Shown here: positions 63,146 through 64,000 of the stretch, piece by piece
How positions within the stretch are numbered: position 1 is the stretch's first letter
Layout: each line of letters begins with the position of its first letter
Made by a program: the position numbers and the translations under genes
Source: Candidatus Bathyarchaeota archaeon
GTDB lineage: Archaea > Thermoproteota > Bathyarchaeia > Bathyarchaeales > Bathycorpusculaceae
DNA: 64,000 nt
Direction: 5' to 3'
Assembly (NCBI GenBank): GCA_963782525.1
Contig: CAWAKC010000003.1
Coordinates: forward strand, 224,001-288,000
The notes under the pieces: generated by a model
The model's database searches: none
What the model saw: only the letters and a program-made list of their open reading frames with translations
Told to the model about the DNA's origin: nothing

Positions 63146-63496
63146 ATGAGTCAAATTACAAAAACAGTTGATACCTCAATGGTTCTGCGTACAGTGCCCT
63201 TTGAAAACAGCTTTCAGTTTTGCACCAATGTTGGAGTTTACACAAACGTGGCGGCTACAAGCTTGGTGGATTTTGCTGCAAAATTAGATGTCGTTGATGT
63301 TGTTTCAGTTGAGTTTCATTATCCACGAGGTGACTTCCAGTTTTGGATAACAAAAACTCTTGGAGATGAAGAACTCGGCAACAGAATGTGCCTGATAAAG
63401 AAAGGTTTGCATTGGGAACAACTTAGAGAGGAACTATTAAGGCTTGTTAATGAACGAATAAGCGAACTTACCGGTTCAATTGAGAATGAGAAATAG
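63146..63496 (+). CDS. DUF5752-like protein
   Basis: F.F....G.YT...ATSL..F...L..V...S.EFH..RGDF..WI...LGD.EL. Confidence 0.8.
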   Translation: MSQITKTVDTSMVLRTVPFENSFQFCTNVGVYTNVAATSLVDFAAKLDVVDVVSVEFHYPRGDFQFWITKTLGDEELGNRMCLIKKGLHWEQLREELLRLVNERISELTGSIENEK

Positions 63497-63739
63497 AGTG
63501 CCTTGTTTTTAAAATTAATGTGACGTTGCATGATAGGGCTTTTTTTCCAGAATAAGTAAACTTTTGTTTGCAGGTCTGCAACTCGGCGACCGCATGATAA
63601 CCGCACCATAATTCAGGTTCAAATCTCGATGATGTTATTTCCTAGTTGAAAAATTCCCTACTGAATGAAAATTAGAAATAATATATAATGGGCGTGCAGT
63701 TATTTTGGGCAAGTTCGGTGGAGACTTAAACTGTTCAAA

Positions 63740-64000
63740 TGAATGACCGCAACCTTACGGTTGCGGTATCTCAAAAAAACTATTGATGCTTAGACTGTTC
63801 TATATAGCGTTTGATTGTTTCAGCGTTAACTTGGCCAATTGAACGATAGAATTTACCCCTAGACCAAAGATGCCCCTTCCAAAGCTTACTCTTAAGCTCA
63901 GGATGCTCCAAAAACAACCTCCTTGCACTGTTACACTTTAAGAGGCAAATCATTTCAGACACCGAACAATCCGGATGCAACCCGACGAAGATATGCACGT
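63740..64000 (-). mobile_element. tnpA: IS200/IS605-family element: tnpA (HUH Y1) 3' part 63780-64000 and right-end hairpin; no tnpB
   Basis: VHIFV, LK..SAR, LW.RG.F..S.G, I.RYI..Q; perfect hairpin accgcaacc-ttac-ggttgcggt at 63746-63767, ending in TTCA on the minus strand. Confidence 0.9.

Noticed and set aside
63573-63630. tRNA-Ile-like fragments (gataaccg, ggttcaaatc)
   Set aside because: Stems do not pair; no cloverleaf.

Overview
Archaeal chromosomal window, most consistent with Bathyarchaeia (TACK). Evidence: eL38, Tsr3, Hjc-like nuclease, JAB/MPN protein, archaeal tRNA-Ser/Val, TATA-type promoters and GGTGA/GGAGG RBS. It mixes housekeeping genes (nnr, tsr3, apt, mtnP, pncA, htrA, a MacB-type ABC system, YyaL) with accessory DNA: two IS1182 copies, an IS200 tnpA, a decayed casposase-like cas1 coupled to a dam fragment, and a GH26 gene between a tRNA-Ser and a tRNA-Ser relic. 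Two unexplained sequence systems stand out. (1) A 24-bp palindrome, TGTKRYTG-N8-CARYMACA, occurs about 12 times, mostly abutting TATA boxes of general-stress-type genes (CsbD, lmo0937-like, YqjE/holin-like, FUN14-like, GT4-GH130, DUF5752, small Zn proteins); this is a candidate archaeal counterpart of the SigB regulon. (2) Five copies of an asymmetric ~26-30-bp site, GTATACAAAAGCATCRCCCAAACACA, lie in both orientations within a gene-poor, A-tract-rich 7.5-kb zone containing an Hjc-like resolvase and a wHTH-nuclease; this is a candidate chromosome-maintenance locus. Several single-base frameshifts sit in homopolymers and may be assembly errors. All family calls come from motif recognition by eye; no searches were run.
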